Source: Ignavibacteriota bacterium | GTDB taxonomy: Bacteria > Bacteroidota > Ignavibacteria > UBA10030 > UBA6906 | Length of the DNA: 64,000 bases | NCBI GenBank assembly: GCA_963801355.1 | Contig: CAWDEM010000008.1 | Span: forward strand, 2,752,001-2,816,000 | Direction: 5' to 3' | Shown: positions 1-10,710 of the stretch, piece by piece | How the letters are laid out: every line of letters starts with the position of its first letter | Position numbering within the stretch: position 1 is the stretch's first letter | Notes under the pieces: generated by a model | Database searches by the model: none | Told to the model about the DNA's origin: nothing | The model's input: the letters and a program-made list of their open reading frames with translations, nothing else | Program-made: the position numbers and the translations under genes

Positions 1-65
1 GATGTGATGGGGAACAACGTGTGGAGAAGATACGGGATTTTCCGGAAGAATGAAACGCGAGGCGG

Positions 66-133
66 GGCACGAGGCACGAGGCACGGGGCACGGGGCACGA
101 GGCACGGGGCACGAGGCACGGGGCACGAGGCAC
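66..133. repeat. Heptamer tandem repeat GGCACG(A/G), 9 full units plus a partial unit
   Basis: Units read directly from 66-128, partial unit to 133; lies just beyond the argH stop. Confidence 0.95.
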
Positions 134-146
134 CGAGCAGGAGGCA

Positions 147-1565
147 TTACGGCCGCAGGAAGCCCCGTGAAGACTTCATACGGCGCTCCCAGCGGGTCAA
201 GGCGGCACGGACTTCTTCCGGCGACGTGGAACCCGCGGAACGCTTCGCGGCGAGGGACGCCCGGGGCGAGAGGAGCGAAAGAATTTCCCGATCACACTGT
301 TTTGCATACTTCTTGAAATCCGTGAGCGTGAGTCCGGACAGCGTGCGCCCCGATGCGGCACAGTCGCGGACGATCTCTCCGGCGATGCCATGAGCGGTGC
401 GGAACGGCACTCCTTTGCGGACAAGGTAGTCCGCAATCTCGGTCGCAAGCGACGGATCACCCTCCAGTTCCTTGTCGAACCGGTCCCTCCGGAACTTCAC
501 GGTGCGCATCATCCCTGACATCACGCGCAGCGACGAGAGCACCGTACCGGCCGCGTCGAACAACGGTTCTTTGTCCTCCTGCATGTCCCTGTTGTAGGCA
601 AGGGGCAATCCCTTCATCACCGTCAAGAGCGCCATCAGATCGCCGTACACCCTGCCGGTTTTTCCCCTCACGAGTTCTGCCAGGTCAGGGTTCTTTTTCT
701 GCGGCATGATGCTGCTCCCGGTCGTGAATGCATCGCCGATGGAGACAAACCCCCATTCCTGCGACGACCAGATCACCAGCTCTTCACCGAGACGGCTCAG
801 ATGCATCATGGTGATGGCACAGGCCGCGACAAACTCAATGACCGCATCACGGTCGCTCACGGCATCAATGCTGTTGTCCATGATGCCGTCAAGCCCGAGA
901 AGATCCGCCACGCGCCGCCGGTTGATGGGGAAGGACGTGCCGGCAAGCGCCGCCGCCCCCAGCGGCGATCGGGCGATACGCGGCACCATGCCCTGAAACC
1001 GTTCGCCGTCCCGCTGCAGCATCTCCACATAGGCGAGCAGGTGGTGTGCGACGAGGAGAGGTTGTGCACGCTGCAGGTGGGTATAGCCGGGCATGACGAC
1101 ATGCTCATGCCGGCGCGCAACTGTCACGAGGGACCGCTGCAGCGACCGGAGTGCGCGCAGGACGTCCGCAACCGTACGGCGCAGATACAGCCGCTCATCC
1201 AGCGCTATCTGGTCGTTGCGGCTGCGGGCGGTATGCACGACGCCCGCACGCGGCCCGAGTTTCTCCCGCAGGCGCTGTTCGATCGCCATGTGAATATCGT
1301 CCGCAGCCATCCGGTTCCGGCCGCGTCCGCGCGCATGCTGCAGAGACCGGCCGGCCGTAATCTCTTGCTCGATATCCCCCAGTGCGGCAACAATCCGGCG
1401 GGCGTCACGGGCAGGAATGATGCGCTGCTCCGCAAGCATTTTCACGTGCGCGACGGTGCCGGCGATATCCTCACGGTAGAGCAGCCGGTCAACGGGGAGA
1501 GATGTTGAATATGTGAGTGCTTCCGGGTCCAGGGGAACCCGGAAGCGCCCGCGCATCTTCTTCAC
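147..1565 (-). CDS. argH: Argininosuccinate lyase
   Basis: [20 protein letters not shown] and [12 protein letters not shown] signature; GTG start overlaps argG stop. Confidence 0.97.
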   Translation of the reverse strand: MKKMRGRFRVPLDPEALTYSTSLPVDRLLYREDIAGTVAHVKMLAEQRIIPARDARRIVAALGDIEQEITAGRSLQHARGRGRNRMAADDIHMAIEQRLREKLGPRAGVVHTARSRNDQIALDERLYLRRTVADVLRALRSLQRSLVTVARRHEHVVMPGYTHLQRAQPLLVAHHLLAYVEMLQRDGERFQGMVPRIARSPLGAAALAGTSFPINRRRVADLLGLDGIMDNSIDAVSDRDAVIEFVAACAITMMHLSRLGEELVIWSSQEWGFVSIGDAFTTGSSIMPQKKNPDLAELVRGKTGRVYGDLMALLTVMKGLPLAYNRDMQEDKEPLFDAAGTVLSSLRVMSGMMRTVKFRRDRFDKELEGDPSLATEIADYLVRKGVPFRTAHGIAGEIVRDCAASGRTLSGLTLTDFKKYAKQCDREILSLLSPRASLAAKRSAGSTSPEEVRAALTRWERRMKSSRGFLRP

Positions 1566-2815
1566 GAATTGATTTCCGTTGTGGTCATCAACTCAGACGG
1601 CGTCACCATCCCGGCGGCCTGCTGTTCGACCTGATGATAGGTCTTGACCGGGAGGCCGTAGATTGCGATAAATCCTTCCGAGGCCTTATGATCGAACGTG
1701 TCCTCTTCCGTATACGTCGCCAGCTTCGCGTTGTAGAGGGAATGCACCGACTGCCGTCCGGTGATGATCACGTTTCCTTTGTAGAGCTTCAGCCGCACAA
1801 GTCCATTCACATGGCGCTGGGTTTCGTTCACGAACGCGTCCAGCGCCTGGCGCAGCGGCGTGAACCAGAGGCCGTTATACACCAGGTTGGCATATTCCGC
1901 GGCAAGCTGGTTTTTCATGTGGAACACCGACTTGTCCAGCGTCAGGCGCTCCAGCTCCGTGTGTGCAAAGTGCAGAATGGTGGCCGCGGGAGCTTCGTAG
2001 ATCTCGCGTGATTTGATGCCGACCAGGCGGTTCTCGATGAGATCGATTCTCCCGATGCCATGCGCTCCCCCAATATCGCCGAGCATTTGCACAAGTGCAA
2101 CGGCGTCCATGGGGATGCCGTTGACTGCAACGGGAATTCCGGCGGCAAATTCGATCTCCATATGCACCGGTTCATCCGGCGCCAGTTCCGGCGACACCGT
2201 CCGCTGGTAGGCATCGTCCGGGGGTTCCACCATGGGATCCTCAAGCACACCGCACTCAACGGCCGTCCCCCAGAGGTTGTCGTCGATGGAATAGGGTTTC
2301 TGGACTGTGACAGACACGGGGATGCCGTGCTTTTGCGCGTACGCAATCTCTTCTTCACGCGATTTGAATTCCCAGATGCGCAACGGAGCGAGGTTTTTCA
2401 AATCGGGAGCGAGCGCGGAGACGGAGACTTCAAAACGGACCTGATCGTTGCCCTTTCCGGTGCATCCATGGGCGACCATGGTGGCCTTTTCCTTGCGCGC
2501 CACTTCGACGAGCCCCTTCGCCAGCAAGGGGCGTCCCAGAGAGGTTGCCATCGGGTACGTTTTCTCGTACAGCGCGCCCGCTTTGAGCGCCGGAAAGACG
2601 TAGTGCTCGACGAACTCTTTCTTGAGATCGCTCACGTACGCGCGCACGGCGCCCGTGCGGAGCGCCTTCTCTTTCACGCCGCTCAACTCCCGGCTGTACC
2701 CCAGGTCGCCGGTGAAGGTAATAACCTCGGCGTCCATCTTCTCAATGAGCCACCGTACCATCACGGACGTATCCAGGCCGCCCGAATATGCAACCACAAT
2801 CCGTTCCTTGCTCAT
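1562..2815 (-). CDS. argG: Argininosuccinate synthase
   Basis: [22 protein letters not shown] and [16 protein letters not shown] motifs. Confidence 0.98.
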   Translation of the reverse strand: MSKERIVVAYSGGLDTSVMVRWLIEKMDAEVITFTGDLGYSRELSGVKEKALRTGAVRAYVSDLKKEFVEHYVFPALKAGALYEKTYPMATSLGRPLLAKGLVEVARKEKATMVAHGCTGKGNDQVRFEVSVSALAPDLKNLAPLRIWEFKSREEEIAYAQKHGIPVSVTVQKPYSIDDNLWGTAVECGVLEDPMVEPPDDAYQRTVSPELAPDEPVHMEIEFAAGIPVAVNGIPMDAVALVQMLGDIGGAHGIGRIDLIENRLVGIKSREIYEAPAATILHFAHTELERLTLDKSVFHMKNQLAAEYANLVYNGLWFTPLRQALDAFVNETQRHVNGLVRLKLYKGNVIITGRQSVHSLYNAKLATYTEEDTFDHKASEGFIAIYGLPVKTYHQVEQQAAGMVTPSELMTTTEINS

Positions 2816-3264
2816 GCTGCACCTTCTATCAATGTATGTTTGAGAAATTGCATTATCTGCGCTGTCTTTTTTGCCGATGACGGCACCACCAGAATGGTAT
2901 TGTCCCCCGCCACCGTCCCGATGATCTCCGGATGACGCCGGACATCTATAAATTCGCCGACGGTGTTTGCGCAGCCCGGGAGCGTATGCACCACGACCAG
3001 CGATTCGTTGGCGTCAATCGAGACCACCTCTGCACTGACAAGCGGCCGCAACGCGTGCATGCCCGCAGAGGGTGGAATGACATACCGGGGAGCACCTCCC
3101 TGTGATACCCGGCTGACGTCCAGTTCCTGCATGTCACGCGAGAGTGTTGCCTGCGTGACGCGAAAACCGCGCTTGCCCAGCTCGCGGCGCAACTCTTCCT
3201 GGGTGCCGATGGCACGCGCAGCGATAATTTCTTTGATGGCAAACTGCCTGGCGTTCTTGGTCAT
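2812..3264 (-). CDS. argR: Arginine repressor
   Basis: TQATLSRD winged helix; C-terminal GTVAGDNT; located within the arg operon. Confidence 0.95.
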   Translation of the reverse strand: MTKNARQFAIKEIIAARAIGTQEELRRELGKRGFRVTQATLSRDMQELDVSRVSQGGAPRYVIPPSAGMHALRPLVSAEVVSIDANESLVVVHTLPGCANTVGEFIDVRRHPEIIGTVAGDNTILVVPSSAKKTAQIMQFLKHTLIEGAA

Positions 3265-3286
3265 TCCATGGCTCCACAGTGCACTG

Positions 3287-4135
3287 CTACACCACTTCCG
3301 TGCCGACGCCTTCGTCCGTAAAGATCTCGAGCAACAGCGAATGTTTCACGCGCCCGTCGATAATATGCACCTTGCGCACCCCGGCCGCCAGCGCGTCGAA
3401 GGCGGAACGGATCTTGGGCAGCATCCCGCTGCTGATCACCCCCTCTTTCACCAGCGCCTCCGCGTGCGCACGGTCCACCGACGGAACCAGCGCTCCGTGT
3501 GCCATCACCCCTTCCACGTCGCTCAGATACACAAGTTTTTCGGCCTTCAATGCCTCCGCAATGCACCCCGCGGCAATGTCACCGTTGATATTGTACGCCT
3601 GTCCGCGGTCATCCACCCCGATCGGCGCGATCACCGGCATGATTTCATGCGTGAACAGAAGATCCAGGAACGAGGTGTTCACCTGGACGATGTCACCCAC
3701 CAGGCCCAGATCAGATCCTCCCTGGTCCGACTTCCTCACCCGCAGCAGACCGTCATCGATGCCGCAGATCCCCACGGCGCCACCGTCGTGCTGGTTGATG
3801 CGCGCAACGATATCCTTGTTCGTCTTGCCGCCGAGCACCATCTGGACCACGTCCATCATGGCGTCATCCGTGTACCGCTGTCCTTCGACGAACCGTGAGG
3901 GTATGCCGAGCCTGCCGGCCACGTCGGTGATCTCTTTCCCGCCGCCGTGCACGATGACGATGCGGATGCCGATTTTCTTCAGGAGCGTGACATCCTGCGC
4001 AAAGGCTTCTTTGAGTTCATCATCCACCATTGCGGCGCCGCCGTACTTGATGACGAAGGTTTTCTGCTCGTACTGCTGGATGTAGGGCAGCGCTTCAATG
4101 AGTACTTCGGTTTTTGTTGCTGTGCTGAGCACCAT
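3287..4135 (-). CDS. argB: Acetylglutamate kinase
   Basis: VIKYGG, VHGGG, NINGD and GMLPK motifs. Confidence 0.97.
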   Translation of the reverse strand: MVLSTATKTEVLIEALPYIQQYEQKTFVIKYGGAAMVDDELKEAFAQDVTLLKKIGIRIVIVHGGGKEITDVAGRLGIPSRFVEGQRYTDDAMMDVVQMVLGGKTNKDIVARINQHDGGAVGICGIDDGLLRVRKSDQGGSDLGLVGDIVQVNTSFLDLLFTHEIMPVIAPIGVDDRGQAYNINGDIAAGCIAEALKAEKLVYLSDVEGVMAHGALVPSVDRAHAEALVKEGVISSGMLPKIRSAFDALAAGVRKVHIIDGRVKHSLLLEIFTDEGVGTEVV

Positions 4136-4138
4136 GCG

Positions 4139-5356
4139 TCAGGTCCTGTAGTTGGCATTGATGGCGACGTAGTCTTTCGACAGGTCGCACGTCCAGAATG
4201 TGGCGGCGGCGGTCCCCCGGTGCAGATCAATGGTGATCACAATCTCCCGCTGTGAGAGCACCCGCTTTGCGTCTTCTTCGGAAAAGTTGATGGCGTAGTC
4301 GCGGCCGAGGATGGGCACGTCGCCGAAGTGGATCGTCACACCGGCCGGGTCGAATGTGATGCCTGAGTAGCCGATGGCGGCGAGGATTCTTCCCCAGTTG
4401 GCATCTTCGCCGTGGAGCGCGGTTTTCACGAGATTTGAGTTCGCCACCGCACGCGCGGCCCGGTCGGCTTCTTCTTCCGATGCTGCGCCCTGCATCCGGA
4501 TCTCCACAAACTTCGTGGCCCCTTCGCCGTCCATCACGATCATCTTGGAGAGCGTGACCAGCAACTTCTCCAGCGCGGCCGCAAAGATGTCGTACAGTTC
4601 CCCTGCGGGCCCTGTGATCTCTTCGTTCCCTGCCAATCCATTGGCCAGCACGAGAACCATATCGTTGGTGCTCATGTCGCCGTCGACGGAAATACGGTTG
4701 AACGAGCGGGCTACCGACTGCTGCGTCGCCTTCTGGAGTGCGGGGAGCGTGATATGTGCATCCGTGCTGATGAATGCCAGCATTGTCGCCATGTTGGGGG
4801 CGATCATTCCCGAGCCCTTCGCCATTCCGCCGAGGGTCACGGTGACGCCGTTCCGGACGAACTGCACCGCGGCTTCCTTGGCGAAGGTGTCGGTGGTACG
4901 GATTGCCTCTGCGGCCGCGTCGCCGTACGGGGAGCCGGCGCCGAGGGATCGGGCGGAAAGCCGGATTCCCTCAGCCACCTCCTCCATGGGAAGATACTGG
5001 CCGATCACGCCGGTGGAGGAAACGAGGACTTCGTCCTGCTGGATGCCCAATGCCTCGGCCGTCAGCCGGGCCATCGCACGTGCGTCCTGCATGCCCCGTT
5101 CGCCGGTACAGGCGTTCGCATTCCCGCTGTTCACCGCAAGTGCTCTGAACCGTCCACCGCGTGCGCACAGTTCTTTGTCGAAGACCACGGGTGCCGCCTG
5201 CACCACGTTGGTCGTGAACACGCCCGCGGCCACCGCCGGGGCGTCGGTCGTCACCAGTGCAAAGTCTTTCTTTGCTTTCTTGATGCCGCAATGCACGCCG
5301 GCGGCCATGAAGCCGCGCGGCGAGGTAATGCCACCGCTGATGTCAGTGATGCCCAT
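4139..5356 (-). CDS. argJ: Ornithine acetyltransferase / N-acetylglutamate synthase
   Basis: NSGNANACTG, KGSGMIAPNMATML autoproteolysis site, DGEGATK. Confidence 0.97.
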   Translation of the reverse strand: MGITDISGGITSPRGFMAAGVHCGIKKAKKDFALVTTDAPAVAAGVFTTNVVQAAPVVFDKELCARGGRFRALAVNSGNANACTGERGMQDARAMARLTAEALGIQQDEVLVSSTGVIGQYLPMEEVAEGIRLSARSLGAGSPYGDAAAEAIRTTDTFAKEAAVQFVRNGVTVTLGGMAKGSGMIAPNMATMLAFISTDAHITLPALQKATQQSVARSFNRISVDGDMSTNDMVLVLANGLAGNEEITGPAGELYDIFAAALEKLLVTLSKMIVMDGEGATKFVEIRMQGAASEEEADRAARAVANSNLVKTALHGEDANWGRILAAIGYSGITFDPAGVTIHFGDVPILGRDYAINFSEEDAKRVLSQREIVITIDLHRGTAAATFWTCDLSKDYVAINANYRT

Positions 5357-5364
5357 GCGAGTCC

Positions 5365-6375
5365 TTACTGCAATAGATGACGCTCGGGATACCCGAACAT
5401 GATGTTCATATTCTGAAGTGCCTGTCCGGCTGCACCTTTCACCAGGTTGTCGATGACCGACAGGATGATGAGTTTCTGTGTGGACGGTTCTACCAGGACC
5501 GTCATGTCACAGAAATTCGTGTAGGCGACTGCTCTGATGTCCGGCACGTCGTGCCGCACGCGCACAAATGGTTCTGCCGCGTAACGCCGCTCGTACAGGG
5601 CCAGCACATCGCCGGCCGTCACGGGCCGCTGAAGGTCCGCGTGGATTGTCGTGAATATTCCCCGGGTAAGCGGGACCAGGTGCGGCACGAAGGAGATGGA
5701 CACGGGAACGCCGGCGGCACGTTCCAGTACGGAGCGGATTTCCGGAAGATGCTGGTGTGTTCCCACCTTGTATGCGCGGATGGATTCATTCACCTCCGTG
5801 AAGCTGAGCTCGACGCTGCTGCTGCGGCCTGCACCGGAGACTCCGGACATCGAGGTAATCACGATCCCTTCCGGCTTGATGACATTTTCCTGCAGGGCCG
5901 GCAGGAGTCCCAGGAGCGCGCTGGTGGGGTAACACCCGGGGTTGGCGACAAAGGATGCAGTGCGGATCCGTTCGCGGTACAGTTCCGGCAGGCCGTACAC
6001 GGCCTTCCCGAGGAGATCCGGTGCTGTGTGGGGCCTCCCGTAGTATGTTTCGTACACTGCCGCGTCGGCAAGCCGGAAATCGCCCCCCAGGTCAATGATC
6101 CTGCCGACCCGGCCGGCAAGTGCCGGCACAATGCGCATCGCTTCACCGGACGGCAAAGCGACGAACACACAGTCCAGCCCGTCGAACCGCTCCGCTGCAA
6201 ACTCCTCGAACACGAGGCTGTACACTCCCCGCAGCGATGTATGCACACTTCCGACCGGTTTGCCGGCGGACGCATTTGCCGACACACGGACCACGCGTAC
6301 CTGTTCGCCGCCCGCCAGCAACCTCAACAACTCACCACCGGTGTACCCCGATGCACCGACAATCCCGCATTGCAT
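5365..6375 (-). CDS. argC: N-acetyl-gamma-glutamyl-phosphate reductase
   Basis: GASGYTG, ANPGCYPT and DNLVKGAAGQA motifs; AAGGTGG RBS upstream. Confidence 0.97.
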   Translation of the reverse strand: MQCGIVGASGYTGGELLRLLAGGEQVRVVRVSANASAGKPVGSVHTSLRGVYSLVFEEFAAERFDGLDCVFVALPSGEAMRIVPALAGRVGRIIDLGGDFRLADAAVYETYYGRPHTAPDLLGKAVYGLPELYRERIRTASFVANPGCYPTSALLGLLPALQENVIKPEGIVITSMSGVSGAGRSSSVELSFTEVNESIRAYKVGTHQHLPEIRSVLERAAGVPVSISFVPHLVPLTRGIFTTIHADLQRPVTAGDVLALYERRYAAEPFVRVRHDVPDIRAVAYTNFCDMTVLVEPSTQKLIILSVIDNLVKGAAGQALQNMNIMFGYPERHLLQ

Positions 6376-6394
6376 AGCATACCACCTTTTTTAT

Positions 6395-6432
6395 CTTGCA
6401 TAAATATACAGAATGGTGTATTATTATGCAAG
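6395..6432. promoter_or_regulatory. Tandem ARG boxes (ArgR operator) in the divergent argC/argD intergenic region
   Basis: CTTGCATAAATATACAGA (6395-6412) and GGTGTATTATTATGCAAG (6415-6432), 2-bp spacer; match to the TGMAT-wwww-ATKCA type consensus. Confidence 0.85.
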
Positions 6433-6460
6433 CATAAAAAACACCCGAAAAGAGATCCCC

Positions 6461-7639
6461 ATGACACTGCACGAACGCGACGCCGAGCTCTTCTTTCACA
6501 CCTACAAACGGCTGCCGCTCGAAATCGTCCGCGGCGAAGGCGCCTATCTGTATGCCGCGGACGGCAGACGCTACCTGGATATGTTCGGGGGAATCGCGGT
6601 CAACGCGCTCGGGTACGGCCACCCGCGCGTCCTGCAGGCGATCAACGACCAGGCCGCAAAATACATCCACCTTTCCAATTACTTCGTGCAGGAACCCCAG
6701 GTCCGCCTTGCAGAGCTCCTCACACGGCTCTCCGGTTTTCCCCGCGTCTTTTTCTGCAACAGCGGCACGGAGGCAATCGAGGGCGCACTGAAGATTGCGC
6801 GCAAGTGGGGCAGCTCCCGCGACAAACGGGACTTCGTCTCATTCAGCAACGCGTTCCACGGCCGGTCCATGGGCGCCCTGTCGGTGATGGACCGTCCGGG
6901 ATATCGCGACGGGTTCGGACCCTTTCTCCAGAACTGCACGGTGGCGCCGTTTAACGACCCCACGGCGCTGCACGGGGTTCTCGGACCGGACACCGCGGCC
7001 GTGCTGATTGAATGCATCCAGGGCGAAGGGGGAATCCGTCCGGCATCCACGGAATTCATCCATCTGCTGCAGAAGCTCCGGGCGGCTTTCGGTTTCCTCG
7101 TCATCGCCGATGAAATTCAGACGGGCGGCGGGCGGACCGGCACATTCCTCGCAAGCGAACATGCGGGCCTGCGCCCCGATATCGTCACCCTCGCCAAACC
7201 CATCGGAGGCGGATTGCCCCTCGGGGCAATCCTTGGCACAGAGTCCGTTGCTGAGGTCCTGCAACCCGGCATGCACGGCACAACGTTTGGCGGCAATCCG
7301 GTTGCTTGCGCCGCCGGGGCGGCCGTGCTCGAAGAACTCGTCGCCACCAATCTCATGCAGCAGGTAACGGACAACGGGGCCTACTTCACCGGCCGCCTCA
7401 TGCAATGCTGCTCCGATTTTCCCGCCATCTGCAAAGAAGCCAGAGGCAAGGGCTTGATGCTCGGCCTCGAACTTGCGCACGACGGTGTTCCGGTTGTCAA
7501 TGCCATGCGCGAGCGCGGTATTCTTATCAATTGCACCGACTCCACCGTCCTCCGCTTTGTCCCACCGCTCATCGTCACACGCGATCAGATCAGAGAGACC
7601 ATCGACACGCTGCGGAGCATCTTCGCTGCAGGGGTCTGA
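6461..7639 (+). CDS. argD: Acetylornithine aminotransferase (class III PLP)
   Basis: IADEIQTGGGRTG, TLAKPIGGG (PLP lysine) and HGTTFGGNP; start moved to ATG 6461, downstream of the operator. Confidence 0.93.
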   Translation: MTLHERDAELFFHTYKRLPLEIVRGEGAYLYAADGRRYLDMFGGIAVNALGYGHPRVLQAINDQAAKYIHLSNYFVQEPQVRLAELLTRLSGFPRVFFCNSGTEAIEGALKIARKWGSSRDKRDFVSFSNAFHGRSMGALSVMDRPGYRDGFGPFLQNCTVAPFNDPTALHGVLGPDTAAVLIECIQGEGGIRPASTEFIHLLQKLRAAFGFLVIADEIQTGGGRTGTFLASEHAGLRPDIVTLAKPIGGGLPLGAILGTESVAEVLQPGMHGTTFGGNPVACAAGAAVLEELVATNLMQQVTDNGAYFTGRLMQCCSDFPAICKEARGKGLMLGLELAHDGVPVVNAMRERGILINCTDSTVLRFVPPLIVTRDQIRETIDTLRSIFAAGV

Positions 7640-7649
7640 GCCCTACCTG

Positions 7650-7686
7650 ATTGACAATTGTCGGTGGTCGATCGACTATTGTCAAT
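7650..7686 (+). terminator. Inverted repeat after argD, possible terminator, with 7-bp periodicity
   Basis: ATTGACAATTGTCG ... CGACTATTGTCAAT with one mismatch; no clear U-tract. Confidence 0.5.
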
Positions 7687-7819
7687 TGGTCCGGTCCGGG
7701 CCGCACGGAACTCCCGGACATGCAACGGGTGTTCCTGTAATAGCGAATCGGGGCAGCAATTCCCCCCTTTTTTGTGTATTTTGGTACAGGAATTCCCCAA
7801 TTACGCGGGTACCAATATC

Positions 7820-8674
7820 ATGTACCGTATCGTACGCAAGCAGGACCTCGCACCGACCATCACCCGGTTTGAAATCGAGGCCCCTTTCATCGCAAAGAAA
7901 CGCAAAGCAGGCAATTTCGTCATGATCCGCGTTCATGATCACGGAGAACGCATACCTCTCACCATTGCCGACGGCGATCCGGTAGCGGGAACGATCACGC
8001 TGATCGTCCAGGCAATCGGAAAAACGACAAAGCTTCTCTGCAGCAAAGAAGCGGGGGACGCGCTGCAGGATGTCGTCGGACCCCTTGGCAATCCCACACC
8101 CATCGAGCATTTCGGCCATGTGGTTTGCGTCGGCGGCGGTGTCGGCACGGCTGAGCTCTATCCGATCGCCAGGGCGTTGCGTGACGCCGGCAACAGCGTC
8201 AGCAGCATCATCGGCGCGCGTTCCCGCGAGCTCGTTATCCTCGAAGAGGAAATGCGCGCAATCTCCAACGTTGCGTATGTCACCACCGACGACGGCTCCT
8301 ACGGGCGACACGGGTTCGTGACCGATCAACTGAAGGATATACTCGACAGTGGAACAGCCATCGGTGCCGTATTCGCCATCGGACCGCTCCCCATGATGAA
8401 AGCCGTTGCGGATCTCACCCGCGGATACGGCGTGCACACCCTTGTGTCATTGAACACCATCATGGTGGATGGCACCGGCATGTGCGGGGGGTGCCGCGTT
8501 AACATCGGCGGAGAGATGAAATTTGCCTGTGTCGACGGTCCGGAATTCGACGGTCACAAGGTTGATTTTGGTGAATTGATGATGCGCAATCGGACGTACG
8601 TGGAGATGGAGAAGCTCTCGGACGAACGCCATCGCTGCAAATTGGCAGGTCTGACACAGGAGAATGTCCGATGA
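7820..8674 (+). CDS. nfnA: NfnA/SudB-type ferredoxin:NADP+ oxidoreductase small subunit
   Basis: GERIPLTIAD, GGGVG, and MVDGTGMCGGCRV..ACVDGPEFD 2Fe-2S motif; start ATG 7820. Confidence 0.9.
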   Translation: MYRIVRKQDLAPTITRFEIEAPFIAKKRKAGNFVMIRVHDHGERIPLTIADGDPVAGTITLIVQAIGKTTKLLCSKEAGDALQDVVGPLGNPTPIEHFGHVVCVGGGVGTAELYPIARALRDAGNSVSSIIGARSRELVILEEEMRAISNVAYVTTDDGSYGRHGFVTDQLKDILDSGTAIGAVFAIGPLPMMKAVADLTRGYGVHTLVSLNTIMVDGTGMCGGCRVNIGGEMKFACVDGPEFDGHKVDFGELMMRNRTYVEMEKLSDERHRCKLAGLTQENVR

Positions 8675-10092
8675 GTCCTGTGAACCCGCTGAAACCCTCA
8701 GAGCGGATGAAAATCCCCCGGCAGGAGCCGATCGAACAGGCGGCTGCCGAGCGCCAGACCAACTTTCTGGAAGTCTCATTCGGCTTTGACGAGGAGCGCT
8801 CCATTGTCGAAGCAGAACGATGCCTCGACTGCAAGCAGCCGCTCTGCATCGACGGGTGTCCCGTCGGCATCAACATCCCCGGTTTCATCACACGCATCCT
8901 TCAGAAGGACTATGTCGGGGCTGTGAACATGATCCGTGAGGCGAACTACCTGCCGGCCATTTGCGGACGCGTCTGCCCCCAGGAAACCCAGTGCGAGGCG
9001 CTCTGCGTGCTCGGGAAGAAGCTCACACCGGTAGCGATTGGAAAACTCGAGCGCTTTGTCGCGGACTTCGAAATGCAGCACGACCTCTTCACGCCGCCGG
9101 TGATCACCGAGAGGCGCGATGAGAAGGTGGCCATCGTCGGTTCCGGGCCGGCCGGTCTCACCTGTGCTTCTGAACTCGCCCGCAGGGGATACAAGGTGAC
9201 GGTATTTGAAGCCCTGCACGCGGTCGGCGGCGTGCTGCGCTACGGGATCCCCGAGTTCCGCCTTCCCAAGGAAATCCTGGACGTAGAAACCGAGCGGATC
9301 AAGGCCCTGGGTGTGGAGATCCAGACGAATTTTGTGATCGGGCGGACAGCGACCATCGATGAACTGTTTGACGAATGGGGGTTCAAAGCCATTTTTCTTG
9401 CGACGGGAGCCGGCACACCGACGTTCATGGGCATCCCCGGTGAGAATCTGAGCGGGGTCTACTCGGCCAACGAGTTCCTGACGCGCGTAAACCTCATGGG
9501 TGCCTACCAATTCCCCGACTTCGACACACCGATCCGGATCGGCAGGAGTGTCGCGGTCATTGGGGGCGGCAACACCGCGATGGATGCGGTCCGCACTGCA
9601 AAGCGCCTGGGTGCCGAACATGCGTACCTGATTTACCGGCGGTCACGGGCTGAAATGCCGGCCCGACAGGAGGAAATCCACCATGCAGAGCAGGAGGGCA
9701 TCGAACTCCTTCTGCTCACTAATCCGATCCGCATCCTGGGCGACGCCAACAGCTGGGTGTGCGGCATCGAGTGCCAGCGGATGGAACTCGGGGAACCGGA
9801 TGAATCCGGACGCCGCCGTCCCGTGCCCGTCAAAGGATCAGAATTTGTCGTGGAGATTCAAACGCTTGTCGAAGCTATCGGTCAGAAACCGAATCCGATC
9901 ATACAATCCACGACGCCGGGGTTGGATACGAGCAAGCGGGGAACGGTGGTCACCAATGAGCAGCAGGCAACAAGTCGTCCGGGGATCTTTGCAGGCGGGG
10001 ACCTTTCACGGGGGGGTGCAACGGTGATCCTTGCCATGCGCGACGGCAAGAACGCGGCCGCAGCTATTCACGCCTATCTGCAGAAGCAGTAA
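8671..10092 (+). CDS. nfnB: NfnB/SudA-type large subunit (GltD-like)
   Basis: [28 protein letters not shown] and GGGNTAMD; coupled to nfnA. Confidence 0.9.
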   Translation: MSPVNPLKPSERMKIPRQEPIEQAAAERQTNFLEVSFGFDEERSIVEAERCLDCKQPLCIDGCPVGINIPGFITRILQKDYVGAVNMIREANYLPAICGRVCPQETQCEALCVLGKKLTPVAIGKLERFVADFEMQHDLFTPPVITERRDEKVAIVGSGPAGLTCASELARRGYKVTVFEALHAVGGVLRYGIPEFRLPKEILDVETERIKALGVEIQTNFVIGRTATIDELFDEWGFKAIFLATGAGTPTFMGIPGENLSGVYSANEFLTRVNLMGAYQFPDFDTPIRIGRSVAVIGGGNTAMDAVRTAKRLGAEHAYLIYRRSRAEMPARQEEIHHAEQEGIELLLLTNPIRILGDANSWVCGIECQRMELGEPDESGRRRPVPVKGSEFVVEIQTLVEAIGQKPNPIIQSTTPGLDTSKRGTVVTNEQQATSRPGIFAGGDLSRGGATVILAMRDGKNAAAAIHAYLQKQ

Positions 10093-10288
10093 CATCGGGC
10101 GGCGGGGAACCATTCCCTCCGCCATTGGGGTGCGGCGCCGGTGGTTTTGCTTCGATCCGTATAATGCGGATGCCGGTGGGTGCCTCAATGCCGATTTTCA
10201 CCTGACCTCCGCGAATTGCAATCACTTTGACGGTGATGTCATCACCGATTTGGATCGCCTCGGTCGCTTTGCGCGCGAGAACAAGCAT
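10064..10288 (-). CDS. csrA: Carbon storage regulator
   Basis: MLVLARK..E.IQIGDDI and [12 protein letters not shown]; follows fliW. Confidence 0.93.
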   Translation of the reverse strand: MLVLARKATEAIQIGDDITVKVIAIRGGQVKIGIEAPTGIRIIRIEAKPPAPHPNGGGNGSPPPDVTASADRRE

Positions 10289-10290
10289 GG

Positions 10291-10710
10291 TCACTCCGTG
10301 GTCTCGTGAAGTTGTTGACGGGCCACGGGATGGCGTTCCGGCAACGAGGGATCATCCAGCGTCACCTGCTCGCCCGTCATCTCTGCTGTGTTGATCAGTA
10401 TCGGGTGGCGCAAATCGAGCCACCAGGCCACATCACCGCTCCCCGGCGTCGCCACGACAAACGTGATGGTTGCATCCTTCTGTCGTGCGGCCGGACTCAC
10501 CGCATCCTCCAAGACCACCACGGGGTCAAGGATGGTGATTGCACACTCGGGCCGCTCGACGCAGATGAGCCACTGAAACGGCGTGCTCCCGGGATCGCCG
10601 ATCACTACACAATGACAGCATCCCGGGACATTGAGCACTCCGGCCGGGAACAGCACCATCCGCTCCTCCGGCACGTCAACCGTGCCGAAGTGTTTCGTCG
10701 CGATCATCAT
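10291..10710 (-). CDS. fliW: Flagellar assembly factor FliW (divergent)
   Basis: TKHFG, FP.G, PFQWL, and [10 protein letters not shown]...GEQV resembling NL.APIIIN...G.QV; adjacent to csrA. Confidence 0.85.
   Translation of the reverse strand: MMIATKHFGTVDVPEERMVLFPAGVLNVPGCCHCVVIGDPGSTPFQWLICVERPECAITILDPVVVLEDAVSPAARQKDATITFVVATPGSGDVAWWLDLRHPILINTAEMTGEQVTLDDPSLPERHPVARQQLHETTE

Noticed and set aside
66-133. Possible CRISPR array
   Set aside because: The units are 7 bp with no spacers, and no cas genes are present.
4-393. Plus-strand ORFs with RGTRHGA repeats
   Set aside because: They are translations of the heptamer DNA repeat and overlap argH antisense.
8671-10092. Glutamate synthase small subunit (gltD) as the function
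   Set aside because: There is no gltB, and it is coupled to an NfnA-type gene, so NfnAB is the better call.
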